In this document: in pieces, positions 50,965-61,084 of the stretch | Layout: each line of letters begins with the position of its first letter | Numbering within the stretch: position 1 is the first letter of the stretch | NCBI GenBank assembly: GCA_039630415.1 | Contig: JBCNVB010000025.1 | Location: 87,673-151,672, forward strand | Source: a bacterium | GTDB taxonomy: Bacteria > DRYD01 | Direction of reading: 5' to 3' | DNA length: 64,000 nucleotides | Position numbers and translations under genes: made by a program | Notes under the pieces: model-generated | The model's database searches: none | What the model saw: the letters and a program-made list of their open reading frames with translations, nothing else | What the model was told of the DNA's origin: nothing

Positions 50965-51210
50965 ATGGTTAAGAAAGAGCCAGTAAGAATAATAGCTATA
51001 ACTGATGACTACAGAGTAGAAGGATATATGTATATCATACCTGGTGGAAGAATTGTGGATGAACTAAATAAAACAAATCAATTCCTCCCTCTTACGGATT
51101 GCATTATATGTGACAAAAATACTTCTCTAGAAATAGAAAAAGTTAAATTTATGGCATTGAATAAGGATAAGATTAGTATCTTATTTCCTGCTGATGAGGT
51201 TTTAAGCTAA
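50965..51210 (+). CDS. small conserved protein (DUF6812-like)
   Basis: 81 aa; YRVEG.....GGRIVDELN...FLPLTD...F.ALNK pattern (family from memory); GAGGTG RBS. Confidence 0.65.
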   Translation: MVKKEPVRIIAITDDYRVEGYMYIIPGGRIVDELNKTNQFLPLTDCIICDKNTSLEIEKVKFMALNKDKISILFPADEVLS

Positions 51211-51233
51211 TTTAGTTTAAGGGTTGATAACAA

Positions 51234-52061
51234 ATGTTGAGAATTTTAATTATTGTTTTGTACACTTGTATATCGGTGATTATTATTTGGATGGTGTATC
51301 AAAAGTCTATCATTAATATATCTTACGTATATGCACTAATACAGTCAAACTGGGTGGTTTTAGTTGTTTCGATTTTCTTGTGCTTTATATCTTTTTTACT
51401 AAAAGTTATTAGATGGTACATGCTGTTGGGGCTTAGTTATTCAGGATTAAATTTCTTATATTTGTTAAATTTAAGTGCCACAGGTTCTTTATTAAACTCT
51501 GTGGGTTTAAGTTTGTTAATCAGTGATGGTATAAAAAGTGGGGTTCTGGTTTTATCAACTATGAAGGATATTGGTTTAGCTAATTCGAATAAATGGTATT
51601 TGCTTTTTAGTCCCTACCTTGATAGATTTATAGGTTTTGTAGCTGCAATAGCTATTTTTTCGATATTTTTCCTTAAGAATATAATTTTACTGGTTTTGGG
51701 ATTATTGATTTTGGGAGTATGTTTAATTTATACTAGAAATGAGTATAGGGTTATTTTGTTAGCCTTTTTATTATCGCTATTTTCACATATTATTGAATCT
51801 TTGTCATTATATGTATTTTTGAAGTTTGTTTTTAGTAAAGGTATTGATCTAGTTGATTGGGTATTGGCTTATGTTGTTGGTAGTTTTAGTTCTTTGCTTT
51901 CTATGTTTGGGGGGTTAGGAGCAAGGGCAATAGGTATAAACTTGCTCCTTAAAGACATAAACTTGTCTTTTATAGTTGACATAATTCATTACCTAATACA
52001 AATTATTTGTTCAATTATTGGAATTTTGGTCTTTTTTATTTACAAATTTATTTACAAATAA
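51234..52061 (+). CDS. lysylphosphatidylglycerol-synthase-TM / flippase-like membrane protein
   Basis: Many TM helices; RW..LL, SDGIK, DRFIG, GGLGAR. Confidence 0.7.
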   Translation: MLRILIIVLYTCISVIIIWMVYQKSIINISYVYALIQSNWVVLVVSIFLCFISFLLKVIRWYMLLGLSYSGLNFLYLLNLSATGSLLNSVGLSLLISDGIKSGVLVLSTMKDIGLANSNKWYLLFSPYLDRFIGFVAAIAIFSIFFLKNIILLVLGLLILGVCLIYTRNEYRVILLAFLLSLFSHIIESLSLYVFLKFVFSKGIDLVDWVLAYVVGSFSSLLSMFGGLGARAIGINLLLKDINLSFIVDIIHYLIQIICSIIGILVFFIYKFIYK

Positions 52062-53785
52062 TGAGGATTTACATTCTTGCCGGTATTGTTTTGTTTGCTT
52101 TTGGTTGGATAGTGTATAATCTTATTAGGATCAATGTTTTTAAGTACGACTTATTCAGGCAAAAGCTAGATTACTATACAACATATGTCATATATACTAA
52201 TCCTCCTAGAGCAGATATCTTAGATAGGAATAATAGGAAAATAGCTTACAATCGTCAGATTAATCGAATAGTTCTTCATAAATCCAAGTATAATACTCTG
52301 ACTAATCAAGAAAAAAAGTACTTAAAACAATTTCTTGCTGATAATTTACAGATCTACGATCTTGAATCTTTGATTTCAGGTAGTTACGTAGAGAGACTGG
52401 TTTTGGTCAAGAATCCTACTTATAATGAGATGTGTATGGTTATGGAAAATATGCTGTATATTTATGGTGTTGAGGTTTACACGGATTATGAAAGAGTGAC
52501 TGTTGGACCTTCTGTTTCATTCGTAACGGGATATGTAAATGTACCGTACAAAGAAGAGATTGAAAAAGACAGTTCCTTGAGATATTACAATGATGTTGGT
52601 AAATCTGGGCTCGAGTTACAGTATGATAAAATCTTAAGGGGGCAATTGGGAAAAATCAAATACCTTATGGATCCCTTAGGACAACCGGTAAAAGCTATAG
52701 AGTCTATTCCACCAAAAAAAGGTAGTGATCTAAAAACTACATTAGACTCAGAACTACAACAATTCACATATGCACTTTTAAAAAGTCTATGTGATGAACT
52801 AAGTTTAAGGAATGATCAGCCGGTGGCTGGTAGTGTAATTCTTATGAAAACCGATGGAGAAATTTTGGTGCTTACATCTTATCCATCTTTTTACACTGAT
52901 ACACTTAAGCCTGATTGTAATTCGGTTATATCTAGATATAGGGAATTTTCATGTTTTTACAGTAGAGCTATAAGTGGTGAATATCCTGCGGCATCAACGT
53001 TTAAAATTATCACATCAGTAGCTGCCTTGGAGGAAAAGTTAATAACAAAGAATACGAGGATTTATTGTTCTGGTGTGTTTTATGTTGGTTCTCATCCTTT
53101 TCATTGTTTTAACACGGCTGGACATGGTTATTTGGATATAGTTGACTCTTTAGCTGTTTCCTGTGACGTTTTCTATTACGTTTTGGGTTACAAATTGGGG
53201 ATTGAGAAAATAAAGAAATATTCTGAGTTACTAGGATTAAATCGTCCAACGGGTATAGATTTACCTTTTGAGAGTGGGGGGTTAATTCCTGATAAGGAAT
53301 GGAAAAGAATAAATTGGGGTGAAGAATGGACATCTGGAGATGATGTTAACATATCAATTGGTCAGGGTATGGGGTTAGTAACTCCTTTACAAATGGCTGT
53401 TGTGGTAGCTACCGTAGCAACAGGATACAGACCTACCCCTTTCCTAAACTTAAAATCAAAACCCATACTTAAGAAGGTAGATATATCACCGGATACATTA
53501 AGAGTGGTAAGGTTAGGTTTAGAGAGAGTGGTGGATTATGGTACAGCTAGTGTTATAAAAACGATGGTAAAGGGGTGTAAGGTAGCTGGTAAAACTGGTA
53601 CAGCTGAGGTTATGCCTAATGCCAATAATCCAAAGGGGTTGAATAATACCTGGTTTGTTGGGTATTTTGGGAGGATTCAACCTGAGTATGTAATAGTGGT
53701 TAGTTTGGAAGGTTCTGGGGGGTATGGTGGGCAATACGCTGCGACTCTTGCAGCTAAAATAATTAACCAAACATGTTTAAAATAA
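52061..53785 (+). CDS. mrdA: penicillin-binding protein 2 (class B)
   Basis: Likely ATG start at 52061; RADILDRN, GKSGLE.QYD..LRG, STFK, SCD, KTGTAE. Confidence 0.88.
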   Translation: MRIYILAGIVLFAFGWIVYNLIRINVFKYDLFRQKLDYYTTYVIYTNPPRADILDRNNRKIAYNRQINRIVLHKSKYNTLTNQEKKYLKQFLADNLQIYDLESLISGSYVERLVLVKNPTYNEMCMVMENMLYIYGVEVYTDYERVTVGPSVSFVTGYVNVPYKEEIEKDSSLRYYNDVGKSGLELQYDKILRGQLGKIKYLMDPLGQPVKAIESIPPKKGSDLKTTLDSELQQFTYALLKSLCDELSLRNDQPVAGSVILMKTDGEILVLTSYPSFYTDTLKPDCNSVISRYREFSCFYSRAISGEYPAASTFKIITSVAALEEKLITKNTRIYCSGVFYVGSHPFHCFNTAGHGYLDIVDSLAVSCDVFYYVLGYKLGIEKIKKYSELLGLNRPTGIDLPFESGGLIPDKEWKRINWGEEWTSGDDVNISIGQGMGLVTPLQMAVVVATVATGYRPTPFLNLKSKPILKKVDISPDTLRVVRLGLERVVDYGTASVIKTMVKGCKVAGKTGTAEVMPNANNPKGLNNTWFVGYFGRIQPEYVIVVSLEGSGGYGGQYAATLAAKIINQTCLK

Positions 53786-54990
53786 TAAGGGATCCTATAC
53801 ACGGTGAAATAAAAGTATTTCCTATAGAACAGCTAATTATAGATACTCCGCTTTTTCAGAGGTTGAGATATATAAGTCAGCTGGTCGGAGCACAGTATGT
53901 TTATCCTGGTTGTACACATACTAGATTTTCTCATTCATTGGGTGCGATGAATATATGTTCAATGTACTGTCAAAAATTAATGCAAGATGGTAGCTTATCT
54001 TACCGAGAATATAGAATATTTAGATTAGCTTCTTTATTGCATGATATATCGCATGGTCCATTTAGTCACCAATTTGATGAGACGGTATACAGAAAGTTAG
54101 GTTTTGTTCATGGGCATGATGAAGTAAGGGAAAAAATCATACTCGAATTTTTACCTTACTTTATAGAAAAAGAGTTTGAAAAAATTAAAAAATCATCATC
54201 AACAAATAAGCTATATGTGAACCTTGGCAAAGAAAGCATCATAGACTTTTCTAACTTTGTTGAGAGCTTTGTTAATATTCTCAGGGAAGTTGTTGAGGTT
54301 TATCACGATAAGGATTCTTATAAGTTTAGTATAGTACAGGGTACATTGGGCGCTGATAGGTTGGATTTTATATGGAGGGATTCTTACTTTTCTGGTATTA
54401 AAGGTTTTTCAAAGGGGGATATAGAGAGAATAGTTTCCAATTCTTACATAATAGGAGATAAGTTGGTATATCATGTTAAGGTAGTGGATGAGATTTATTC
54501 AGCTTTATTTGGAAGATTCATGTTATATAAGAATTTGTATTTTCATCGGACTGCAAGGGCTGCAGATTTAATGATACAGCAATTGTTGAAATTATACTCT
54601 GAATTGGTTGATTTTCGGGAGTATTTAATCGATCCGGAGAAATTTGTAATTTTGACGGATGATTACTTACTTAATTTGCATTTCCAGTTAGAGTACAAAT
54701 ATCCTCATAGTTCTGAAGTTAAACAAATAAAGCAAATTATTCAGAATTTAAGAAGTAGAAAACTTTGGAAAACAAGAAAAGAGCAGTATATATACCAAGA
54801 GGAAGATACTAAACTTCATGATTTATATGACTTAACTGAAGAGCTTAGTATATATGCTAAAAAAACGGACATATTTCTATTTGATGGCAGTAATCGAATT
54901 ATCTCTTTTGAGGAATTTATAAAAAATAATCCTATTTATGATACGGTTTCTCAAAAGGTGAGGTTACTTAGAATATATCAGGATTTTTAG
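53773..54990 (+). CDS. HD-domain phosphohydrolase (dNTP triphosphohydrolase-like)
   Basis: DPIHG, FQRLR.I.QL, HTRFSHSLG, LLHDISHGPFSH, DRLDFIWRD, YFH. Confidence 0.9.
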   Translation: MFKIIRDPIHGEIKVFPIEQLIIDTPLFQRLRYISQLVGAQYVYPGCTHTRFSHSLGAMNICSMYCQKLMQDGSLSYREYRIFRLASLLHDISHGPFSHQFDETVYRKLGFVHGHDEVREKIILEFLPYFIEKEFEKIKKSSSTNKLYVNLGKESIIDFSNFVESFVNILREVVEVYHDKDSYKFSIVQGTLGADRLDFIWRDSYFSGIKGFSKGDIERIVSNSYIIGDKLVYHVKVVDEIYSALFGRFMLYKNLYFHRTARAADLMIQQLLKLYSELVDFREYLIDPEKFVILTDDYLLNLHFQLEYKYPHSSEVKQIKQIIQNLRSRKLWKTRKEQYIYQEEDTKLHDLYDLTEELSIYAKKTDIFLFDGSNRIISFEEFIKNNPIYDTVSQKVRLLRIYQDF

Positions 54991-55011
54991 CTTAAATCTA
55001 GAATTATTAGT

Positions 55012-55623
55012 GTGATGAGGGTATTTGGCGTTATTTTTTATATCATATGCATATATTTATGTGGTTGTAGTACTAATCAGACGGAAAAGTATGAGTTAAA
55101 AATAGGGGTTGTAGACTTACAGAAAGTAAAGTTATCCAAAACATATCAACAGATAAATCAAAAGATTAAAAGTATAACTGATGAGCTTCAGAAGAACATA
55201 AATCAAAAAAGAAAGCATCAACTAAAATATTTTCTTTATGCTAATCTACAGGAAAAGAAGGAAAAATTTATCCAGGAGTTCAATGAGAAGTTACAAAAAG
55301 CTATATATTACACGGCTAACCAGGAGGGAATAGGTATAGTTATATCGTACGATTGTTTACCTTATGGTGGGATAGATATAACGGATAAGGTTATCCAAAA
55401 TCTGGATAATGGTAATTATTCTGATCAGCCGATGCATAATAGTGTTGAGCTAGTAGCATATACAGATCGTTTAATAGATCAAAAAAAAATAGAACAAATC
55501 ATCAAAGAACTGTATAAAGAAAGAAGGATTTATGTTGTTCTTTCTAAGAATGATATTTTTTTGGGAGGATTTGATTTAAATGAAAAATTACCAAAACAAT
55601 CTATTCCTAATAGTACTAAATAA
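55012..55623 (+). CDS. Skp/OmpH-like lipoprotein
   Basis: LCGC lipobox, KIGVVDLQKV, A..EGIGIVI...YGGIDITDKV, and a second similar C-terminal motif (LGGFDLNE). Confidence 0.7.
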   Translation: MMRVFGVIFYIICIYLCGCSTNQTEKYELKIGVVDLQKVKLSKTYQQINQKIKSITDELQKNINQKRKHQLKYFLYANLQEKKEKFIQEFNEKLQKAIYYTANQEGIGIVISYDCLPYGGIDITDKVIQNLDNGNYSDQPMHNSVELVAYTDRLIDQKKIEQIIKELYKERRIYVVLSKNDIFLGGFDLNEKLPKQSIPNSTK

Positions 55624-56839
55624 ACTAGCTATATTTTTCATTTTATTATTTTTGATTTTAAGTGAGGTTTTATCGGTAAGTAAAAGGGTGGGTTTTGTAG
55701 ATACCCAAAAAATCATAGATCTATTTCCGGAAATAAAAAGCAAACTACAAAAGGTAGATATAGCTATACAACAAAAAAAGAATAAAATTTATAATCTTCC
55801 GAGATCTTTAGAAGTTAAATTTATTTCGGAGATGGAGAATTACTATAATCAGCTTATTAAACAAAGGAATATTTTGGAACGGGAACTCCAACAAAGTATC
55901 ATGCAACAAAGAAACGTTGATGATAGCATTAAAAATCAAATAAAAAATCTTCAAAAAAATACTGAAGCTCTGATAAAAGCTAAAAAACAACAAATAACCC
56001 AAAAAATGTATGAAATCGAAAATCAGATTTACGACACTTTAACCAAAGAATTGGAGGCTCTTAGAAAAAAATATGAAAGCATTACAGAAATGAAAATACA
56101 AGAAGAAATATATAAATCCAGGAAGCAAGTAGAGGACTATAGACAAGAGGTAAGAGAAATATACAAAAATCAAATAATTAATCTGAATCTCAAGATCTCA
56201 AATAGCTCAATATATGACCAAGAAAGAAAGCAAGCATTAGAAACTCTCCAAAAAATAAAGAATACTCAAGAAGAATTAGTAAAGCAGAAAATAGAACAAG
56301 TAGAAAAACAACTCTATCAAAACATACAAAAGATTACCCAGGAAATGGAAAAAGAGTATAAGCAAAAATCAAAAGAGATAATCAAAAGATATGAGCAAGA
56401 CTATAGGCATAAACAGAAGCAAATGATATCCCAGTATGAAGAATACATAAAGAAAATGGAGAATGAATATAACAAACAGGTCATGGAGATTTTGAAAAAT
56501 CTTGATTTACAGGTAATAAAGGAATTGTATGAACAGTATAATACGAAAATAAGAGAGATGCAAATAAGGTTTGAGAACTATAGAAAAAATCTAGCAGAAA
56601 AATATGACAGAATTCTAATAGATACAATATTGACTATTACACTCGAAATTGAACAGCTAGAACAGCAAAAACAGAAAATAAACTATGAAATAAGAGATAA
56701 TATCTTTAACATTGTTCAAGAAGTAGCAAGAGAGAAAAATTTGGAATATGTATTTGCTAATCCAATATCGACTTATAACTGTGTGGATATAACACAGGAA
56801 TGTGTACAGAGAATAAGAGAAAAGTTAAAAACCAAGTGA
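55580..56839 (+). CDS. Skp/OmpH-like protein with very long coiled coil
   Basis: VGFVDTQKI at the N-terminus, VAREKNLEYVF....VDIT at the C-terminus, ~330-aa Q/E/K heptad region between. Confidence 0.7.
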   Translation: MKNYQNNLFLIVLNKLAIFFILLFLILSEVLSVSKRVGFVDTQKIIDLFPEIKSKLQKVDIAIQQKKNKIYNLPRSLEVKFISEMENYYNQLIKQRNILERELQQSIMQQRNVDDSIKNQIKNLQKNTEALIKAKKQQITQKMYEIENQIYDTLTKELEALRKKYESITEMKIQEEIYKSRKQVEDYRQEVREIYKNQIINLNLKISNSSIYDQERKQALETLQKIKNTQEELVKQKIEQVEKQLYQNIQKITQEMEKEYKQKSKEIIKRYEQDYRHKQKQMISQYEEYIKKMENEYNKQVMEILKNLDLQVIKELYEQYNTKIREMQIRFENYRKNLAEKYDRILIDTILTITLEIEQLEQQKQKINYEIRDNIFNIVQEVAREKNLEYVFANPISTYNCVDITQECVQRIREKLKTK

Positions 56840-56854
56840 TTATTAGAGTACAAA

Positions 56855-57850
56855 ATGTTGGCAATAAGAAAGAGCACTTTAAGTCAAAATATAGAAAATC
56901 TACTAAAAGTAGACGGTGATTTTACTATACTACCAGTAGAAGGTGTAAACAGTATCTATTTTCAGAACTCATCAGTCTTTATGGATTTAATCAAAATTTC
57001 CTTTGTTTTCAGCAAAAGAATATTTTTTGAAGATTTGAGCAATATAGAGGCTAATGATATTTTTGCGGATTATGTTATAGTGGATAGGAATCTTTCTAAG
57101 TGGTTTAGGAATTTAATAAAAAAGAATTTGAATCTAGGAAATTTTGGGTCATCTAAAATCATAGAGGTTGATAATGCATTTGATTTATTTTTGGAATGTT
57201 TAAAACAGATTAAATTGGAAAGAAGAGATTTTGGGGGAGAAAATAGATTTATTGATAAGAGTTGTATAATACATGACAATGTTCACATAGGTAGTAACGT
57301 TTATATAGGATCTGGAACGGTAATATATCCCAATGTGGTGATATATGATAATGTTTATATAGGTTCGAATGTAGTAATTCATTCAAATAGTGTTATAGGT
57401 GCTGATGGATTTGGGTATACTGATAATATACAGAAAATTCCACAAGAAGGGGGTGTAGTAATACGAGACAATGTGGAAATAGGTGCTTGCAGTTGTATAG
57501 ATAGAGCAACCATTGGATATACTTATATTGGGCAAAATACCAAGATAGATAATCTAGTGCAGATAGGGCATAATGTGAAGATAGGGAAGAATTGTAGGAT
57601 AGCTGGGAAGAGTGGAGTTGCTGGTAGTGCAAGAATATATGATAACAGTATAATTGCGGCAATGGCTGGTGTAAGAGATGGAATAAAGGTTGGACCTAAC
57701 TCTATTTTGGCAGGTGCTTCTATGGCTACTAAAAGTATTCCTCCAAATCAAATCTATGCTGGTAACCCAGCTAGACCCTTTAACCAGTACTTCAAGGAAT
57801 TATCAAAAAGTTCAAAACTACAACTAAATTCTCTAGAAGGAGTTGAATAA
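56855..57850 (+). CDS. lpxD: UDP-3-O-acylglucosamine N-acyltransferase
   Basis: Hexapeptide repeats, [35 protein letters not shown]. Confidence 0.9.
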   Translation: MLAIRKSTLSQNIENLLKVDGDFTILPVEGVNSIYFQNSSVFMDLIKISFVFSKRIFFEDLSNIEANDIFADYVIVDRNLSKWFRNLIKKNLNLGNFGSSKIIEVDNAFDLFLECLKQIKLERRDFGGENRFIDKSCIIHDNVHIGSNVYIGSGTVIYPNVVIYDNVYIGSNVVIHSNSVIGADGFGYTDNIQKIPQEGGVVIRDNVEIGACSCIDRATIGYTYIGQNTKIDNLVQIGHNVKIGKNCRIAGKSGVAGSARIYDNSIIAAMAGVRDGIKVGPNSILAGASMATKSIPPNQIYAGNPARPFNQYFKELSKSSKLQLNSLEGVE

Positions 57851-59573
57851 TATGAACTATCTTACTGTTCTAATCATTCTACTAATAATTATCTTAGCTG
57901 CTTTGTCGGTTATAGCCTATAAAATGTATAAACTTATTGAAGCTAACCAAAGTAAAAAATCTGAACCACCTTTACTCTTGGATCAACAGAATAATACTCA
58001 AGAAATAATTTCACAGAAGATCCAACTTGAGAAAGAAGTACAGGAATTACTTAATACCAAAAATACACTATACCAAGAAATACAGAAAGCTAATGAAAAT
58101 CTTAGAAATATTGAGAATGAGATACAGAATAAAACTAAACAAAAAGAAAGTATAACACAAGAAATAAATAATATGCTTCAAAAAGCAAGAAAAGAGGCTG
58201 AAGAAATAAACAAGAAAGCAATAGATAAATTGGATAGTATATCAAGGGAATGGGAAAATATTCAGAAACAAAAACAGGATTTATGGGAGAAAGAGAAGCA
58301 GATTACTGTTTTTCAGAAGGAACTAGAAATCAAAAAGCAGTCTTTAGAAGAACAGCTTCAGCAAATAAATCAAAAAGAACAAAAGATAAAGCAAACGGAG
58401 ATTGAGATAGAAGAACTCAAAAAGACACTCGAAAATGAACTAGAAAAAGTTGCTTCACTAACTCAAGAGCAAGCAAGAGAAATAATTTTAAAGAGAGTAG
58501 AAGAACAAATAAGATCTGAATTACAAAACGTTGCTCTTAAGATAGAGCAAGAAGCTCAAAAAAATGCTGAACAGAAAGCAAAAAGGATTATTCTAAACAC
58601 TCTCAGTAGAATAACCTCAGATAGTGTAGCAGAAAATACAACATACAGTATAGTCTTACCATCCGAAGATTTGAAGGGTAGAATCATCGGGAAAGAAGGT
58701 AGAAATATAAAAGCATTTGAAGAAATTACTGGAGTAGATTTAATAATTGATGATAATTCAGAAGTTGTTTTTGTATCTTCATTTGATCCTATAAGAAGAG
58801 AAAAAGCTAGACTAACTTTAGAAAAGCTCATATCTATTGGAAAAATAAATCCGATTGCGATACAAGAAGTATATGATCAGATAGAGAAGGAAATAAATAT
58901 TAGAATTCAAGAGGAAGGAGAAAATGCATGTTTACAGGCAAAGGTATTTGATTTACATCCTGATTTAGTGTATATGGTGGGTAAGATGAAGTATAGGACC
59001 AGTTATGGTCAGAATTTATTAAAGCATAGTATACAAGTTGCTACGATAGCGGCTACTTTGGCTTCAGAAATTGGAGCAAATGTAGAGGTATGTCGAAGAG
59101 CTGCATTTTTGCATGATATAGGTAAAGTTATAGAGGATTCAAACGGAGAACCGCATGCTATTGCAGGTGCCAAAATAGCTAAAATGTATGGAGAAAGAGA
59201 AGAGGTGGTTAGGGCAATTGCCAGCCACCATAATGAAGTTCCACAAGAAACCATAGAGGACTTAATCGTACAAGTGGCAGACTCTATATCTGCTTCGAGA
59301 CCGGGTGCTAGAAAAGAAACTTTCCAACTCTACATCCAAAGACTACAGAAACTGGAAGAAATAGCTATGGGATTTAATGGAGTAGAGAAAGCTTTTGTTC
59401 TTCAGGGAGGCAGAGAAGTTATCGTATTTGTTAAACCCGACATTGTAGCAGATAATGCTGTTTATAATCTCGCTAGAGATATATCTAAAGCTATTGAAAA
59501 TAATCTGCGATATCCGGGGGTTATAAGGGTAACTGTTATAAGGAAAGTAATAGCTGTACAAGTAGCAAGATAG
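57843..59573 (+). CDS. rny: ribonuclease Y
   Basis: N-terminal TM, coiled coil, KH domain ([12 protein letters not shown]), [21 protein letters not shown]; start may be ATG at 57852. Confidence 0.96.
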   Translation: MNNMNYLTVLIILLIIILAALSVIAYKMYKLIEANQSKKSEPPLLLDQQNNTQEIISQKIQLEKEVQELLNTKNTLYQEIQKANENLRNIENEIQNKTKQKESITQEINNMLQKARKEAEEINKKAIDKLDSISREWENIQKQKQDLWEKEKQITVFQKELEIKKQSLEEQLQQINQKEQKIKQTEIEIEELKKTLENELEKVASLTQEQAREIILKRVEEQIRSELQNVALKIEQEAQKNAEQKAKRIILNTLSRITSDSVAENTTYSIVLPSEDLKGRIIGKEGRNIKAFEEITGVDLIIDDNSEVVFVSSFDPIRREKARLTLEKLISIGKINPIAIQEVYDQIEKEINIRIQEEGENACLQAKVFDLHPDLVYMVGKMKYRTSYGQNLLKHSIQVATIAATLASEIGANVEVCRRAAFLHDIGKVIEDSNGEPHAIAGAKIAKMYGEREEVVRAIASHHNEVPQETIEDLIVQVADSISASRPGARKETFQLYIQRLQKLEEIAMGFNGVEKAFVLQGGREVIVFVKPDIVADNAVYNLARDISKAIENNLRYPGVIRVTVIRKVIAVQVAR

Positions 59574-59574
59574 T

Positions 59575-60507
59575 ATGATAATAATCACTGGTGCACTGGG
59601 ATTTATAGGATATAACATACTTAAGAAACTTAATCAAAACGGGGTTACTGAAATAATTATCGTAGAAAACATTAAACAAACAAAAAGTTTAGATATAAAA
59701 CTAAAGAGATTGAAGAGTGTAAGATTTATGGATATTGTAGATAGGTGGGATATTGAGAAAGTACTAAATCGTAGGATAGAATGTATATTTCATCAAGGAG
59801 CTTGTACTAATACTATGGAGAATAACTTTGAGTATGTTTTAACTAGCAATTATGAATTTACAAAAAAACTTATTGATTGGTGTGTTGGTAATAGGGTTAA
59901 AATGATATATGCTTCTTCTGCTTCTGTGTATGGTGATGTTAAAATTCCTGTAGATGAGGATAGTTCATTAAATCCATTAAACTATTATGCTTACTCTAAG
60001 TTCTTGGTTGATAACTATTTCATAAATATCTCTAGGTGCAATAAAACAAGGATAGTTGGTTTGAGGTATTTTAATGTTTATGGTCCGCATGAAGAAAATA
60101 AGGGTGACATGAGTTCTGTAGTATTTAAGTTTTTTCATCAAAATAAAAACAAAGGTAAAGTGCTACTTTTTGAGGGTAGTCAAAATTTTAGAAGGGATTT
60201 TATACACGTTGATGATATTGTAAAAATAAATCTTTTCTTTTTTGAGAATGAGCATGAGGGGATATTCAATTGTGGAAGTGGAAGAAGTGAAACTTTCTTT
60301 AATGTTGCTCAAATGGTGATAAAGTATATGGGATACGGTAAGATACAGTATATTAAATTCCCTTCAAAACTGGTTAATAGGTATCAAGCTTTTACACAGG
60401 CAAATAATTCGAAGTTGGTGTCAATAACAGGTATGAGTTTTGTAACTTTAGAGCAGGGTATAAAAGAATACATAGACTATTTATCTAAACAATCTGGTAA
60501 TGAGTAA
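59575..60507 (+). CDS. hldD: ADP-L-glycero-D-manno-heptose 6-epimerase
   Basis: TGALGFIG, HQGAC, YASSASVYG, PLN.YAYSK, LRYFNVYGP.E..KG.M.S, YQAFTQA. Confidence 0.92.
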   Translation: MIIITGALGFIGYNILKKLNQNGVTEIIIVENIKQTKSLDIKLKRLKSVRFMDIVDRWDIEKVLNRRIECIFHQGACTNTMENNFEYVLTSNYEFTKKLIDWCVGNRVKMIYASSASVYGDVKIPVDEDSSLNPLNYYAYSKFLVDNYFINISRCNKTRIVGLRYFNVYGPHEENKGDMSSVVFKFFHQNKNKGKVLLFEGSQNFRRDFIHVDDIVKINLFFFENEHEGIFNCGSGRSETFFNVAQMVIKYMGYGKIQYIKFPSKLVNRYQAFTQANNSKLVSITGMSFVTLEQGIKEYIDYLSKQSGNE

Positions 60508-61084
60508 GAAAGATTTAATAAATATGTCCATAAGGAAAGCTATTGAGGAAGGGAATCTTGAGTTCTTAGAGAGTTTAATAGATTTGATATCAGTTGAGCA
60601 AATCCTGGATGATCAGGAATTACAAGATGAAATAGTACAGTGCTTTTATGAGTATTGCATGCAAAATTACGATAAAGCAAAAGAATTAGCAAATATATCT
60701 TACTTAAGAGGGTATATGAAAGCTAAAATACTTTTGGATATGATTGAATGTAATAATCTTTTCAATACTCCTCTGGATGAGAATAAACTTGTTTCTTTTA
60801 TAATAAGGAATAGTGATGATCTTTTTATAAGTGCCTTTGCTATTTTTAAGTACATTAAGTATTTAGATAGCATGAATATAAAAGATGTAGATATTGCTGT
60901 TGTGAAATTTTTGAATGGTTTAATTGAATTATATCCTCAACCTAATTTGAAGATATTGAAGCTGTATTTTATGCATTATGTTTTTGATTATGATGTAGAT
61001 ATGGAGGAGTTGGAGTTACTTATAGGTGGTTTACCGGAGGAAAAAAAGGAGATTGTAAAGCAAATGATACTTAGTGAAGATTAA
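60500..61084 (+). CDS. hypothetical alpha-helical protein
   Basis: 194-aa ORF overlapping both neighbours; no motif recognised. Confidence 0.6.
   Translation: MSKKDLINMSIRKAIEEGNLEFLESLIDLISVEQILDDQELQDEIVQCFYEYCMQNYDKAKELANISYLRGYMKAKILLDMIECNNLFNTPLDENKLVSFIIRNSDDLFISAFAIFKYIKYLDSMNIKDVDIAVVKFLNGLIELYPQPNLKILKLYFMHYVFDYDVDMEELELLIGGLPEEKKEIVKQMILSED

Noticed and set aside
2264-59618. Many 60-155-aa ORFs antisense to or nested in recognised genes (e.g. 2264-2533, 16609-16953, 20897-21283, 40082-40549)
   Set aside because: Shadow ORFs of well-supported genes with no motifs of their own
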